A model generated the notes under the pieces. That model made no database searches. It was not told the DNA's origin and saw only the letters and a program-made list of their open reading frames with translations. This document shows, one piece after another, positions 62,701-64,000 of a DNA stretch of 64,000 nucleotides (positions within the stretch are counted from its first letter, which is position 1; each line of letters begins with the position of its first letter). The DNA lies in NCBI GenBank assembly GCA_964016885.1, contig OZ024742.1:360716001-360780000 (forward strand). The letters run 5' to 3'. Made by a program: the position numbers and the translations under genes. Source of the DNA: Eledone cirrhosa (Eukaryota).

Positions 62701-64000
62701 AGACTGGTACAGTAGAGACTGGTATAGTAGAGACTGTTATAGTAGAGACTGGTATAGTAGTGACTGTTATAGTAGAGACTGGTATAGTAGAGACTGTTAT
62801 AGTAGTGACTGGTATAGTAGTGACTGTTATAGTAGAGACTGGTATAGTAGTGACTGTTATAGTAGAGACTGTTATAGTAGAGACTGTTATAGTAGTGACT
62901 GTTATAGTAGAGACTGTTATAGTAGTGACTGGTATAGTAGTGACTGTTATAGTAGAGACTGGTATAGTAGAGACTGTTATAGTAGTGACTGTTATAGTAG
63001 AGACTGTTATAGTAGTGACTGTTATAGAAGAGACTGGTATAGTAGAGACTGTTATAGTAGAGACTGTTATAGTAGAGACTGGTACAGTAGAGACTGGTAT
63101 AGTAGAGACTGTTATAGTAGTGACTGGTATAGTAGTGACTGTTATAGTAGAGACTGGTATAGTAGTGACTGTTATAGTAGAGACTGTTATAGTAGAGACT
63201 GTTATAGTAGTGACTGTTATAGTAGAGACTGTTATAGTAGTGACTGGTATAGTAGTGACTGTTATAGTAGAGACTGTTATAGTAGAGACTGGTATAGTAG
63301 AGACTGTTATAGTAGTGACTGTTATAGCAGAGACTGTTATATTAGAGACTGTTATAGTAGTGACTGTTATAGTAGTGTCTGTTATAGTAGAGACTGGTAT
63401 AGTAGTGACTGTTATAGTAGTGACTGTTATAGTAGTGACTGTTATAGTAGAGACTGTTATAGTAGTGACTGTTATAGTAGAGACTTATAGTAGAGACTGG
63501 TATAGTAGTGACTGTTATAGTAGAAAGTGGTATAGTAGTGACTGTTATAGTAGTGAATGTTATAGTAGTGACTGTTATAGTAGTGACTGGTATAGTAGTG
63601 ACTGTTATAGTAGAGACTGTTATAGTAGAGACTGGTATAGTAGAGACTGTTATAGTAGAGACCGGTATAGTAGTGACTGGTATAGTAGTGACTGTTATAG
63701 TAGAGACTGTTATAGTAGAGACAGTTATAGTAGTGACTCTTATAGTAGAGACTGGTATAGTAGTGACTGTTATAGTAGTGACTGTTATAGTAGACTTATA
63801 GTAGAGACTGGTATAGTAGAGACTGTTATAGTAGAGACTGTTATAGTAGTGACTGGTATAGTAGAGACTGTTATAGTAGAGACTGTTATAGTAGAGAGTG
63901 TTATAGTAGAGACTGGTATAGTAGAGACTGTTATAGTAGAGACTGTTATAGTAGTGACTGGTATAGTAGTGACTGTTATAGTAGTGACTGGTATAGTAGT
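32759..64000. repeat. 15-bp satellite TATAGTAG(A/T)GACTG(T/G), >31 kb, with nested higher-order repeats; continues beyond window
   Basis: Uninterrupted tandem array of about 2,080 units. Diagnostic variants recur at 5700/5715, 4230 and 3279 bp spacings. Confidence 0.98.

Noticed and set aside
32482-63801. Giant ORFs (up to 5351 aa: VIVET/TITVS/YYNSL/YSRDC repeats) as mucin-like, reflectin-like or structural protein genes
   Set aside because: A 15-bp unit is a multiple of 3 and lacks stops in several frames on both strands. The ORFs overlap in all open frames, switch peptide type at 2-bp indels, and lack unique termini or signal peptides. The YSRDW frame lacks the Met-rich reflectin motif.
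32759-64000. Canonical telomere repeat
   Set aside because: There are no (TTAGGG)n tracts, and the unit is 15 bp and heterogeneous.

Overview
Eukaryotic, gene-poor, repeat-dominated DNA. The SINE/LINE repertoire looks like octopus/coleoid cephalopod, which is my inference from recalled SINE motifs. The first half (1-32.7 kb) is a mosaic of non-LTR retrotransposons, tRNA-derived SINEs, TA- and TTAA-flanked MITEs, microsatellites and several minisatellites. The retrotransposons are a near-intact Tx1/L1-clade element sitting in a (TA)n tract, a decayed RTE element with a PHD-like finger, and CR1, Expander/Rex3-like and R4/Dong-like fragments. The second half (32.76-64 kb, running off the window) is one 15-bp satellite with two near-binary variable positions and nested higher-order repeats of about 5.7, 4.23 and 3.28 kb. 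All giant ORFs there are repeat artefacts. Most notable: (i) a ~4.35-kb 47/48-bp satellite grows directly out of an RTE copy and derives from a 2-3-copy repeat in the RTE 3'UTR, with a second independent expansion of the same motif nearby; (ii) Tx1-family copies are each embedded in microsatellites; (iii) there is a PHD-type finger inside the RTE ORF; (iv) the 15-bp satellite HORs carry phase-compensating indels. No confident host protein-coding gene was found.
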